The position numbers and the translations under genes are program-made. 64,000 nt of DNA from Pavona decussata (taxonomy: Eukaryota). The notes under the pieces are model-generated. The model did no database searches. It saw nothing but the letters and a program-made list of their open reading frames with translations, and had not been told where the DNA came from. The stretch spans positions 3,286,001 to 3,350,000 of the forward strand of contig CDRNST010000318.1 in NCBI GenBank assembly GCA_977016875.1, given 5' to 3'. Shown one piece after another: positions 45,103 through 60,100 of the stretch. Each line of letters opens with the position of its first letter. Within the stretch, counting starts at the first letter, position 1.

Positions 45103-48100
45103 TCGCGCACTCGTGGAATAATTGTTAAATATACCATTGGAAAGGTCTTGTTGGGTGAAAGGTTTTGATGATGAAAGAACTAATAGCTTCGATAACATCA
45201 AGAAAAAAAAGTTGAAAAAACTTACTGCTGCACAATTTATGAAACTATACCTATGGTCTATACTTATAGGCCATAAAATGACGTCATATAATGTTCAAAA
45301 CTCAAGTGGAACCACGAATCGCAGGCGAGTGGTTTCACTGCCAAGTTTTGAACATTTTATGGCATCATCTTGTTGTCTATAAGAGTAGAGACCATAAAAA
45401 ACTGCCGTGGATGGATTTGTTTTTTACAATACCATGTAAAAAAAAACGAGCGGAATTAGCTTTATTTGCCATTGAGAAAACGCGTGCGTTACATCTGACG
45501 TCATTTTTATTGACGGTACTCTTACGGACAATAGCTACGAGCCAATCAGCGTGCGGAATTTTGACAGTTATTGTAAAACAGATACTGGAAGCACTTTGAC
45601 ATACCCCCATCTGATGAAACTCTAGCAAGAAAAGTCCATGACGGGTAGTAGGGGGCACTTGGAAAGACAAACCGATGTCAAGTCTTCTGGTACGTCTATT
45701 GAAGACAGCCTCCTTGACAAGATAACTGCTATCACTGAGAAATGTAACATTCCAAGCAGGCTGCAAATGTAAAACAAAATAACGAGTTCAGTTCTTATCC
45801 CGGCCATAACAGAAATTTTAGCCCTTCTGTTGCACTTCCAATCTACACTGCCTTTTAAATACTGACCAGGGTTACTGTGAGGCCCACAAATGTTCTGTTA
45901 TGTTCTTTGTTCACAATTATCATGTCACTTGGACTGAAAAAGCTTCGTTAGTGACCAGAGTAAGATTTCCATCACATTCCGATGTTAAAGCATGGAATTC
46001 TGTGTCATACGACAAAGAAAGTGCTCATGGCGTTTCCGATCACCAGTTAAACGCTAGCGTTTTGTAAATGAGCACGGTGTGTACGAGAAATAAAGAGAAG
46101 AATGTGATGAAATTCCACACAATTATTTCAATGCAAATAACCAATATATTCTGAAAGTGATGAACCTTGTTAATTCCATGTTTAGCAGTCTATAGTGTAC
46201 AATTTTTTTCATTCTAGGGATCGCTTAGTTTTGCATTGCTAAATTATATAACATAGGTACAATTTCTAACAAAAATATATTGTTCAGGTTTGTTTTGTTT
46301 TACTTTGCCCATACAGTTTCTTTACTCATAACTCCCCCCCCCCCCCCCCCTCCCAACACACACACACACTACTTCACTGATAGCTATAGGTACCTTAAGC
46401 TGGCATCCAAAAATGTAGCCTGGTGATGGCTGGACTACAATATTGCCGCTATACAGCTTCATCTCTGACAAGCATCCTTTAAAAAATTTTTGTGCACTGT
46501 ATGGCAAAGAAAATAACAAGAGATTGGACACAGACACTAACACAGTAACTGATGGTGAGGAATAGTCTGTGCATTTCAAGCACTATGACATGAAGTTCAA
46601 TACGTCAATCGAATGCCTAGTGTCCAGAGGTGTCCACCCTTCTCCCCCCCCCCCCCCCCCGCCTCTCACTTGAGCCAATCGCTAGGGATTACCATATACA
46701 AAAAAAGGAAAATTCCCTGGGATCGGGGAAAATAAGTCAGTCAAATGCCCCGTGGTGTAACCAAAGAAGAAGGCGACAAGACATTTCCGAGTTGCTTTGA
46801 ACCTCATCACAAAATCCAGGCATCGCGCATAGCTTTTATTCATTTACTAACAAAACTAATTTTCATATGGGAAAGTTCGCACATAGCCATGCGTTCATAA
46901 CGAGGCTCAAAGTAACCTGGAAATGGCCTATTGCCTCACTCCCAGGCTTATCCAAAAACCAACACTGAAAAACACTACTAATAATAATGGAAAACACACT
47001 GAAAACATGGTGCATGGCAAATTCAAAACAACTTATAAATGACGCATTTTAGTGGCTGAGGAACACAGGTCAAACTACAAGTTAACTTTAAACCGATTGT
47101 GTCAATCTCTTGTTAATGAGAGCTTTTTACTGCTAAATTCAAGTACCACATTAATTTAGAATTCGAACTCAAAGGGATAAATGTTAGAAAAGAATCTTTG
47201 AACGTTAAAATCTGATCAGTTGACACTAATTCTGGTTTAGCATAATAATATGTCAGGTTCAGGAGTGAAAACCTCACTCAAGGATCAGGCAGTTTTCTAT
47301 TTTTACACAATTCATCGACATATTTATAATGTAAAATCACAAATAGAAATTACTTACACATTCTCAGGAATTCTGCTTCTGTTTTCGATGCCTCCCCAGT
47401 AAACATATTCAGCAGTCAGATATTTGGGTCTCCCTGCATCACAGTACATCGTGTTTTTAGCAATTTCTTCAACGGAACGATCAGAAGTGTCGGTGATTGT
47501 CAATGTATAACTGAAATCGGTTGGAGCCCTCTTCTGTACTAAAATTTCTTCACCTGTATCATAGAGCTTTTTAGAGCGAATACTCTTGAAGCCACAACCC
47601 ATATCGTATGAAAACCTCAGATATCCATCAGACAGTTCCACGGCTTGAAACAGAGAAGGATGGTCGTCATCAATTTCAATGGCCAATATGCCATTTGATG
47701 AGCTCGTTTTGAATTTAAAATCCATCTCAGTCATGGGATCATTTTCATATTGACCAGACTTGAGGTATCCTGTTCCAAAAAACGTTCTTGATTCTTTATC
47801 TTGCGGTGGTGCAAACTGTGCTTCCCCAGTTCGTGACAAACAGTAACTATCGTCTACAGGTTTGGCAAGCTGAAAGAAAAATAATCATGCAAGAGAAATC
47901 AACCCTGTAGCACTGGCTGGCTAGCTCATAGGGCAGCACTTTATCGCCTCTTTGGCCGTGTTCTCAACTGAACTCCAGCCACTGATTGCGGTCCTGAAGT
48001 AGCCTATGTTGATGCAAAGAGCACAGATATGATGTTGGTTGTTACTGGATTACAAACAGTTCTGTTGACATTTTGTCGTTTGTTTAGAAGTTCACGCCTT

Positions 48101-51100
48101 GTTAAGCTTAGTGACGAGGGACATGATAGTGCTAGAATAAGGTCATGAGTAAATTAGTCCTGGCTTAAATGTGAAGATTAAAGTTACCGTATACCTTTAG
48201 AGGTGTCTAGAGTCCAAGCGATGTAGTGCGTCCGGTTTAAACTGTAGATACCTAAACCCCTATATCAAAATTAATTAAAGCTTATAGAGCTGGATATTAA
48301 ACTGTACCAACAATTTTGAAATAAAATAAATTGTCGAATTTTTCACGACCTCTAAATGCGAGCGTCCGAATCACCTTTTGAAAGCTACAAGTCAACGTGA
48401 ATTTTGCTTTTCGCTGATTTAATTTGCTCCTCAGTTTTCGGACCCAAAGCGCTAAAAAAAACGTGTCTGCAGTTTGCCATATTCAATCGCAGTGAAAAGT
48501 TACAGAACATTTTCGAAAAAGGATTAAACAAAATGTGGAGTGATCGTACAAAACTCGTTCTCAGATAAAAAATATTTTGAAAGAAAAACTTCGCAGACAC
48601 GTTTTTGTTATTTATATGTTGAACTAGGTATTGTTCAAATTTGAAGCGCAAGCGAACAAATTCCCTTTGAGTTTCAGTTCTTGAAAGTGTCCCCTTCAAG
48701 TGAAAAAATTGATTCGAGAAAACAGCGCTAAAAATTCGACAATTCATTTTATTTCGAAATTCTTGGTATTTAACAATTAGACGGCGAGCTCGAGGTTTCT
48801 ATCGGCTGATAGTTGGCGAGGGGCGAAGCCCCGAGCCAACTATCAAAGACGATAGAAACCGAGAGCGAGCCGTCTAATTGTTTTAGCATACCTCAGTGTT
48901 GGATGTATGAAGCAAAAAAATCTTTTTATTTCATAAATTTTGATATATTTGTGCAATGATGCATACTAAATCGCACGCGCTTTCACAAACTGCCGTCTTT
49001 CGATCGATAGACGGCATCTGTGTAGCCAATCAGATTGCGCGTTACGCGATATTCGGTCACTGAGGTATGCTAAAGTTTGATAGAGGGGTTTAGATATCTC
49101 CAGTTTAAAGCGTACCCGCTACATCGCTTGGACGCGAGACACCTCTAAAGATATACGGTAACATTAAATTCACCCTTGTGCGACCCCAAACTACCCATGA
49201 AGGACCAGGGTGCGAAATCAATAGTTTTAATGACCGAAGTAGCTATTGATAATCGGCTGATTGAGTGGGATGAGATACTCCAAGCTATGCCTAGACGAGA
49301 ACAACTTGGTGAATCACGCTATGGTTACATACAAACTTAGAAAAAAAAAATGAATAAAAATATGGCCTTTCTACGGACTATCAATTCTCGTTAAATCGTT
49401 CTCAGGAAGTTTTTAAGTGCACAGCTATGATCGTATTTGCGAAGATTTTTCTAGCTACAAATTCCTAGTTGCCATGTCATACTTATCTCCCGAGCAGTCC
49501 TCTCACATTACAGTAATGGGTTACTGACTGATGTATATGGGCTCTACTTACAGTGAGAGGCCAGCTTAATTCTGAATTCCAAGTTCCAATAAAGTGATGA
49601 TTAACTTGGACACCATCAATACATCCTGTATAATTAACAGTAGAAACTTCAGGTGGTAATCTTGCTGTCATGGGAGCGCCACCAAGAAGGAGCTCACTGT
49701 TCTCATTAAAGGACAGTTTGGGGTTCACCATTCCAAGATTTTCCTGAATACTGACAGCTGTCTCTTCTTTGTTAGCAACATAATTCTTCATTGAAAGGCT
49801 AACTTCATTTCCAGTCCTGTAAAGCAAAGGTGTACAAACAGGTTGATCATGTGTGCATAACGTCAAGCTCCATTAACCCTATCTAGAATGGGGGCCATGC
49901 CCGCACCGACTTTCAACGTTAATAACTTTCACAAAATTTGAGCAAACAGCGTGAAATGTTGTAACTTTTTCAGAACTTCATCTGGGAACAATTTGATGTT
50001 GGCAGGTCACTGTTGATTGGATTTGGTGTTACTGTGGCAATCATTGTTTCACAACTAGGTTTTACAGAAAATGGAAATTCTCATTTCAAAAAAGAAAAGA
50101 AAACATTGTTTTTCGTACAGTAACTTTTACGTTTTTAACTGGTTTAAGATTTTAGTGTTCTTCTGTTGGTTTTATTACTTTTTGGACAATTTCAGGAATG
50201 GCTGAAAAAAGAGAGGGAAGCTGAAAAAGGAGACTGAAGGTCTTCCAATGGCAGCAAAAGATCAGGATCAACGAAAGGTTTTCTTCACAGACAAGTACTA
50301 TCCTTGTGGGCCTTGTCGCTTAATTGCCACTGTGTTTACAGACTTTCCCTAAGAATGAACACTGTCTCATCATGTGATCAGTCTAGGACATCACATGATC
50401 AGTTTAAACCAATCACTCAGAAAATTTAGCGGTGAGCTATAACACTATACAGGCCTGGAATGAAACATTTTCTGCTAAGGAAGTATTATTTCTAGGAATA
50501 TTAAGGGAGCGTTTACTAGAAAACAACGAAACTTACACGTCAAAGTCAACTTTATACCAGACTTTGCCATTAGTGGAGATATTTTTGCTGGATTCAAAGG
50601 TATTACAAATCCCTTCCGTACACATCTTTAGAATTGGTGTGGTCGCTTTGAGCTCCAAAGCTGCAAAGTCTGCCTGTTGTGATTGCCGCTTCGGACGATT
50701 ATTCCCTGAGTTGCCAACATCACCCATAAACATAACCAATCCATTAGGCTCAGCTGGCTTTATGTACATAAGGGTGGCAAAAGATCTGGTGTCTTTCTGT
50801 AGAGCAGCAGGGAGTACTGGTTTGCTGGTTGTCTCGCCATCAAATTTCATGATAAGGGAGGTGTACCTCAAAAGAGTGTTTGCCCTGGCAAGCATTTTGT
50901 CAATATCATCCAAATGTCGCTTCACTTCCGTGTCTAGCTCTTTAACAATCTGCTCATGTCGTCGTTCTTGGATGACAACTTTATCTTTAATGCTTTTAGA
51001 CATATTTATAGCATCTCTCACTTGATTTTCTAATTCAGTGATGTTGTTGTTTGTGGCAATGACTGACTCGTTGAGCCCAGACAGACCTGTCAGCTGAGCC

Positions 51101-54100
51101 TGAAACAGTATAGTACTGAGAGTAAATCTACTATGGAGCATAATACACTATCCCATTTAAGAATTTCTTATCAACTGGAGACAAAATTTTGCCCCTTGCA
51201 CTAATACTAAGAAGTAACATGACCAGTACCCCCTTAAAATAATGAATTTGAATACTACTGATACAAGAAACAGAACGAGCACATCAAAATAGTTGTAGAT
51301 CCCACATTTCAAAGCAAAATCATCAGAGGGAGAGATTTTATGCTAATTTCATTTTTCGAAAAGGATTTGTATGGCTGCCATGTTGGACTGGAGGTCATTT
51401 CTCACAGTGTAGTAATATGGGTAGAAGTGAAGACAGAGAAGTAAAATATATGAAATTCACACATTTCATATCTTCTTTGGGTATATTACAAATTCACATA
51501 TAATGAATTATGCCAGCTCCAGGTTGGCTTGACAGCTTAGTTAAGTAGAGCACTGCACTGGTGTCACAGTTGAAGCCTGAATCTTTTTTTTTGGCTTTCT
51601 TTTCGCAGCTGTTTAACAGTTGCATAGACAATTCGGGGGTTCCTCATTTAATAATTCTTTCATCCACGGTTCAAATACATGAATTTCATATATATTACTT
51701 CCAAAGAACATTCTTAGAAACTCAAAAAATAACCCAGCGAGTGCACGTGCTGTTTGCACTGTTTATAATTCTTAACATGTGCGACAAGAAATAAGAAAAG
51801 GGCTAATTCAAAGAGAGTAAACACCACAGTCTTTGAAAATAGGTGACGAAATGAAAGTACTATGTATTCCTGCAATGCTGTTTATAATTAGAGATTTAAT
51901 AAAATTTCTCAGATATGCACTTTGTACACCAATAAGGCAAAGAATATCAATGGAAAGCAAAAATACCTCAATTTCCTCAGCTTTTTTCTGTGCATCAGCA
52001 GCTCTGTTCTCTGATGCAGTAGCATTGTTCTCAAACTCACTAGCTTTCCCACCTAAGGAATGTAAAATTTTATTAGAATACATCTGAACATACATTGCTT
52101 CTGATTTGTTCTTGCTTTTACAGAGAAGAGATTGAGAAAGATGGCAGGAGATGCTTGTGGCCTTCTTCATCACCAAAGGATAATGAGGATGAGCGAGGCT
52201 GAGTGTGTTACAGATTGAAATTTATTAGTTAACCCACTAACTAGTATGTTATTGGTAATCCCTTAAGGGCTATTACTTCAGACAGTAAAAGCAGTAAAAG
52301 TCATTCTTTCTTTTTGTCATCCTGGCCTGCCTAGATTAGCTTTGCTACCTGCGGCGCCAAGAAATTGTACATGTAAATTTATACAAAGTGGAAGTTGAAG
52401 TTGAATTTTATATGTGTAGCATCATAAATTTGTCAACTGTATGGCAAGTTTTCTCTGAGTTGTCAACTGAAGTCCTTACCTGCAGTTGCAAACATTTGTT
52501 AAGATTTGTTTGTCAAGACTTGTACAGTTTAGTAACTGAAATGTTGTTGTCGCTAGTTTCTTTAATTTTTCTTTGTTGCCAGCAAATCGTTTGTTATATA
52601 GAAGGCAGTCTGGGAAGCATTCACAATAAAACACCAGGATATCTGTAAAAGCTGATTTCATCTCAACTGTACTTGTTCATACCTGGCAAATATGACAGCA
52701 CTTACCTATACGACTTGCTATATCATCAAATCCAGGGAAATTACTTTCCACATCTGCCAAGTCACCAGATACTCTTCTGATTTTATCCCTTATACGTTCC
52801 AGCCTTTTTTTGAGATCATCAAGAAGACTTTTTACTTCACCGTCAACTTTAGCCTCTGTGATTGATGCTGTCTCGTTAAGAACGGAACTTCTATTCTGAG
52901 AGTTCTTAGCCTGGTCACTAATATTGAGTGACTGAAAAAAGGTAATGTGTACTATCAATAACCATTTATACAGTACACTGTTATAAGGAGCATTCTAATA
53001 CCCCACCCCATTAAACAATTAAGAAAGCCCAAATTTTATACATACAGGATATGAAGAGTTGTCATTTTTATTTTAATGAACTTTTCCTGTACATGTTGGC
53101 AGCTCCATTCTAGAGGGCTAGGGATCACGCTGAGAACACTTTATTAATTTTTTTTATATATTTAATACGTGCCGTGATGTAAAACAAACTAAGATAAATG
53201 TTACAAAATCACTGAAGCACAAACAACAACAACAAGTCTGAAAACACTTTGTAGAGGTCTATTTGTAGTGCCCTCATCATCCGTCTGGTAATAAGCTAAG
53301 TGAAGCATAAAATTATTGTCTTATGAGTGAAAAACATTATTTTTTGAGGGCCACGTGGGTAGGTTTCTGCAAGTTGACTACAAATCAGTTGCCTGATAAG
53401 TGCCCAAGAAGAGCAGCAATTGCAGAATTGACTGATGTATAAACAAATTCTCATTGCGTATCTTTTAACCCTGATTGGCATCAACCAACATGATGGGGAA
53501 GCCCAGCCCAGCTCTACACTATTACAACTGCAGTTTATAAGTGCTGCAATAGCTGACTGTACTTTAATTGTCTATGTAAAAAGTACCTTATCTTTTGTAT
53601 CCATGGCTATTCTTTCAGCTTCACGGGCAATCAGTAATGACTCATTTAGTGCACTGACAATATCAGAGTATCTTTGAGATGCATTTACTGCTTTGTGGGC
53701 AAACTCTATATCTGTTAAGAGCTTCTCCAGTTCATCAGCTTGTTTACGCAGTTCCTCTGAATGATTTTGTGCCATGACCACTGATGGAGTCAGGTCATCC
53801 AAAGTTTGGGAAAGATTAGCCACTCTTTTGTTAACTTGATCAATAAGGTCATCAAGCCGTGGAAAACTCCCATTAAAGGCCTACAAACACAAAGCAAGCT
53901 GAATTAATCTTACCTCCATAAAACATGCACACTGCTTAAACCTGAAGCATTCTTCAGCGAAAAATGCAAGTTAGCTGAAACCTCTCAATTTTGCTTTCTT
54001 GATTTAACCACCGAGAAACAATCTTTCACCATCAAAAATTTCTCCAAAAAACTGTTAAGTTGATTTATGTGAATTTATGTGTGTTAATTAACAACTTTGC

Positions 54101-54131
54101 CACAGAAGACACCTTGTTGTTGTAGAGACCC

Positions 54132-54182
<51 letters not shown>

Positions 54183-57100
54183 GACAGGATGGGACGGGGA
54201 GGGAATCTCAAGTAAATTAGTGATGGTAGGAAATAATTTGCTCCTGACTTCTTGGGGGTTACATTCTGGGTGGTTGGACTTTTTCTAGTCTAGTATTAAA
54301 CCCAACAGGACTTTTAATTTGACAACTTGACCTAATTTGTATCTCCCATCAACAATGTACCTGAGTACCCTGTTTCTTGGGTGTAACACTTGTTAATATT
54401 TAGGGTTACACTGACTTTTCACCCTTGGGAATGTCAAAGATCTGTTGGAGATCAATAAAAACACAGGAAAGCTCACAGAAATAGCCACAGAAATTTGCTG
54501 ATGTTACACCCCAAAAGTGAGTAGCTAAACTATCAAGGTTGTTATAGAAAAAAAGAAGTTCAGGTGAAATGAATACCTGGAAACTACCGCTTGCAGACAT
54601 AAGTTCACCGCTGGCAGAGTTAACCACATCCTGCAGACTCATCAAAGCAATGTCAACCTCTTCTTTCTTTTTTGTTGCCTCTATTAATGGTGTCTGTAAC
54701 AAAAAGATGCAAGTTGAACAGAAATATTACATAAGAATATTTAATTCTCGTATAATCAACACAATCACAACATCTATCCATCCATCTAACCACATTATTA
54801 TAATGGAGTTAGTGAGTCAAGCAAGCAACAGAGTAAAGGTTTGTTGTTGGAAAGTTGACGATAGAAGAGCCCGGAAGGAGAAAGCACCCAGCCCAACTCT
54901 CCACCAGGGGATCATGAAAGATTACGACAAGTCCACCAAAAGGTAAGCAGCACACTGGCCTGAAATGTTCAAAGAGCGGATAATTTTATCTTGTGGATAA
55001 GTCACTATTCAGCGGATAAAATTATTTTATGTATTGATTGGAGTACATTATTTTTAGCTGCTAAATAAGTGATTTATCTACTGGATAAAGTTATCTGCTC
55101 TTTGAACAAACAGGGCATGAAGTCCATCTAATGGAAAGGGAATATTGAATCCTCGGTTACTCTTCTGAAGGGACAATCAGACTGCAAATGTTACTCAATT
55201 TTGCATGTTTCATTAACCACAAGCTAACTAAAGTGCCTGCAACTGAATCAACATGTGCAAGTGTATAATTATCAAAATAAGCATCAGTTCTGAAAATGGA
55301 AGTGTTAAAAATTCTGAGGGTACCTCAATGTAGAAATTTATTCGTCAGTCAAACAAAAAGACTTCTTACCATACTCTTACTTAATATGATAAGATGGAAC
55401 CTTTTGTAAATATTAAACAGCCGTTTCAAACTGAGTTGAGCTTACATAGTAAGGACTAGTAGAAAGAATGCATTTCATTCTCGATGATTGGATGGGGGGA
55501 GGGAAGGGTGGGTAAGGTGTTCTTAATAGACTAACCTCTGAGTCGTAACTCCTGCTTATGTTGTTTGTGTCCATGGCAAGACTGGCATTTTCCAAAATAT
55601 CACTGGTCTTGTCGTGAATCATACCAAAGGTACCCATTAACTCATCAAGAGTTTTGTTGACGTTACTAAGGTCATTCCACAGACTCAATGTGCTATTTAA
55701 CAGAGACTTAGCTTGGCTAAGAGATGCCATGGCTAGCTCCTGCTCTTCAATGATTGTCATATTTGTACTGCTGAAGTCTCTGTTTGTGAGTTCCTTCAAA
55801 ATTTCCTCAGCTCTTTCTAACAACAGTGTTTGGTTTGCTTTGTCCGTCTTAAGGGTGTTCGCTATTTTCTTAGCCAAGTCTACGATGTCTAAAATCAAAT
55901 AAAACAAAACAAATGGCATATATTAACTAATCTCAATAATTACCAAGTACACAACCCCCTGTTTATAATTACCCTAAGAAGGGTACAATGGGTCACTTTG
56001 TTTGTTAATTTTTATCCATAATTAAATGAGAAGTAAGTATAAGCATTCTTGTAAATATATATGAACCCTAATTATTTTTTGCTTATTTTCAAATTATTTT
56101 ATTATTTTGTCTTTAGGGATAGCAACAGGCCTGCTGTCTTAAAATTGAAGTAAACTAAGTTTTTGATTGATTGTCTCAGTACGTCTCAAGTTAGCATACA
56201 GTTGTAATCCCTAAGGTTAACTGAGTAATATGCTATCAACTCTACTCAGGTCTACACTTATGCTTGCCTTAAGTCCAAGCCCTGGTTGTTCAAAGAGCAG
56301 ATTACTTTATTCAGTGAATAAAATGTATTGGTTGGAGTACATTTTATCCACTGGATAGCAATTTATTCACTGGATAGAGTTATCTGCTCTTTGAACAACT
56401 TGGGCAAGAACTACCCAGTTTCTGTTGCAAAATCACGAGTTGTGTAAGTATTCTAACTATTCCTCTCTAGAAGGGATGTAAGTACTTTGTAGCATTACTC
56501 CAAAAGTACATTGCAGTAACCATTTACACAGCTGGCCCCGGTGGTTAGGAGCCAATAACTCTATTTAGTGGATAAATTGCTATCCACCAAATAAAATGTA
56601 CTGCAATAATTATATTGATACATTTTATATGCTGGAGAGCGACTTATCCGCTGGATAAGGTTATCAGGTCTTTGAACAACTGGGGCCTGGGATACAAATG
56701 TGAAGTAGAGTTTCTTTTTGTAGGAAACAGCACAGCAGTGGAGATGAACCCTCAGACCTAGTCTTTTGTAATCTATCACAACTGAACTGTTGCTTATTCC
56801 TGTTACTTGAGAGTTCAACCTATTACCAGAAATACTAAACAACTGTTTCTATGAACATACTTTGTACTCCCGTATACAATTAATAGCAAAAATTACATTT
56901 TGTGTGTGAAAATTAACCTATGTGAAAAGGACATGCATGCTCCTGTTGCTTACAGTTCCAAAAATCAGTCATGCCTGCCTATGTTTTTGTCAAATTCTCA
57001 ATATGATGGCCAAGCTGCATTCTATTTCTCCCAAAACAAGAACGAAAATGTACAGAGAATGAAAAAAGATAACTTCTTAATATATATATTTAATTACTTT

Positions 57101-60100
57101 AACGTTACTTCTATTGTACAACTAACATACAAATATCTTGTATCAGAGCTACATTTGTTTACCTTGAGTTCTGTTCAGGGCATCTCTGATTTCTTGCTCC
57201 AATGCAAGAGCATCATCTTCAGTGGATGAGGCAGAATTTAGGGCATTTGTTGCATCATCAGCTGCTTTCATGGCCTTGTTGTCTACTTCCTCTGTTAATT
57301 TCTCAAAACTGTCTGTCCTCTGCATAAGGCTGCTGTCTTGGGTAACATTATCAGAACTTCCATCTTCAGATTCCAGGATGATGAAGAATGACAACAATTA
57401 AAATCAGAATTTCTACAAGATAAGCTGTCAATCTCTTTTCACCATTAGCTTGATGTTATGCTTTGTAACACTATCTCTTTGGTCATCAAGATTACACATT
57501 TTAAAAGAAAATTATCTTGTAAATTGTCTGTTATAATAATCAAGCTTCCTCACAATGCAGCGTAGTATGAACATGACAATCTTTAAGCATGAGTTATAAG
57601 AATTCAACCTTCAGCCACCATAACTACTGAAAATCAACAAGTCTAATGGGAAAATACAAAGGATTATAAGAGAACTATAATTACTCTATTTACAGTAGCT
57701 TCAGCTAGGGCTTTTGGGGAAACAGATTACGCCACTCCATAACTCAAACACCATTAATGCCATAACTATCAAAATTAGAGGGTATTTATAACTTCCCTTC
57801 AGGTCCATAAAATAAGATGACGTCACATCGGTTGAAAAATGCATCTGATTTCTAATAATAACAATTAGTTATAAAAATGATATATATGTATATTTTAGAC
57901 AAAAATAAAGTTGGCTTTAATTTACCATTTGTGGAAGAGATTCCAACAAGCTGAGATACTGCCTCCATTGTTGCATTGTATTTGTTTGTTGGTGGAATCA
58001 GCCTGAAAAAAGGAAAAAAAATTGGTTTTGGTGCCATTCTCATCTGCTTTCCAAGCACCATTTTAATTAAGCCATAAAAGATACTGTACCTCTGAAGAGT
58101 TTCATTTACATCAGAAAAACGTCCTTCTGCAATAATTCCTGCTGTGCCTTCTTGGACAGATTTTAAAGCCAGTGTAACATTACGATCCAAGTTGATTGCT
58201 GTAGTCAACAGCCGCCCCACACACTCACCACAGTATTCACAGCCTTCTGGTGTCAGGATGTAGTTTTCAGGACAGATTGTACAGTTTCCTCCCCACTTAC
58301 AACACTGCCCTGTATTAATGTCACAAAAACCATACAGAGTTTCTGCTCCCTGTTCGCCATTTCCACAGTTGCAAGCTGACAAAGAAATATTGTGGACTTA
58401 CATTGCAATTCACAAACATCACTCCAAGAGGACCTTGGCACACCTTGCATAATTTAATACTAGTATAGAGGTACAAGGGAGGGAAGATGCTCTACAACTT
58501 TGAAGGAGAAGAGAAACCATATAGCCTTGCAAGATGTGAAGTATTTGAAGTAGTCCTTAACAAAACAGAGGGGAGAGAGATACCCTACAAAAAGGCAAGA
58601 TGTTTGCTCTATGTGCCAATTGGATGTTCTTCTTTTTATGCCATAATATAGTGGATGGGTAGGTATTTAACTTACTGCGCATGACTTTTAAACCAGCCAT
58701 CACTTCACCATGTCAGCTGACTCACTTTTGCAATACAAATAGATATTATTAAAGGTGTTATCATTATCATTATTACAGTTTTACGAAGTTGCAATCAGAG
58801 TATAACCTCCCAAGGTTGAAAGGTATCGAAGTCTCCCACAATGCGACAAAAGAGGGAAGGAAGCCCTACAAACTGGCAAGATGTTACAAAAAGTATTAAC
58901 AAAATAGGATACAGAGGGAAGCTAGCCCAGCTATAATCTAACAACAAAAAATATGGTAAACTGCTTACGTTGACATCCAGCAGCAGAGTAGTTGAAGTAA
59001 CCCGCTTTACACCTATCACACGTCCTTCCAGTTACACCCTCTGGGCACTGACACTGACCAGTCTTCACATCACAAGATGGCGACAGTGACACAGGTGTAC
59101 AGTCACAGTCTTCACAGCCAAGACAGCTATCAAAGTTCCAGGTATTTGGCTGCAAACAGTTTTCATTTCATGGTCAGTTATTTTGCAAATGGAAATATTT
59201 TACAACAGCAGGACTGAGGCCTAAATGAGTCATAAAATTTGCTACCAGAAGCAGGCTGTAAATACTAAAGGAGACAAAGTCAGTTAGGAGAGATTTACAG
59301 TTAAAACCAACCAAACAGATACAAACACAGAGAATTAACTTTGAACTGTTTGGGGTATGAAAATACTATTAAAAGGTGCCCTATCCACTTTTGAAAGCAC
59401 TGATGAAAGATTCGTGAACCTAGATCCTATGGAACCCATGCGTCTTGAATGCCTGATTTTCACTTTCTATAGTTAAATGTCTGTACTATGGTCAACTGTG
59501 TTAGCCTACAGCAACCATTAGGGGCCATAAAAGTAAAAATTTATGACAAATATGTGATGACTACCTTGCAGCTGTCACAGCTATCTCCAATAACATTGGG
59601 TTTACAGTTGCAGAGCCCAGTGGTGTGATTACATACTGCTGTGATAGTACCACATTCACTACAAGCACATCTAGCACAGTTCTTCGCAACAACTGCATCC
59701 CCGTAATAGCCATTCAGGCAGTGCTCACACTGGTCTCCTGTTGCAGCATTGGTACATTTGAGGCAATGTCCTGTAAGCGTGTCGCAGCTTCCATTGACGC
59801 TGGAATCAAGATTACCACTGCAAAAACATCTCTGACAGAAGTCACCAGGTTGAGATGGGTTTCCATAGAAACCATCAGCACAACTTGCACATGTCGGTCC
59901 AGAATAGCCTTCTTGGCAATTGCACAGAAGTTCACTGAAGGGATTGAGTGCACATGAAGTAGCAAAGCTGTTTGAAGTGGTTCCTAAGGGACATTCACAA
60001 ATACTGCAGTCGTCGGCAGAGCCTGTTGAGGCATTCCCATAGAAACCAGGTTCACACACTTCACAGTTCCGACCTGGAATGATTGTAGAAATTGTAATAG

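Noticed and set aside
50432-51025. 197-aa plus-strand ORF (likewise 17816-18130, 55654-55902, 59625-59957)
   Set aside because: Antisense shadows of real laminin or stathmin exons.
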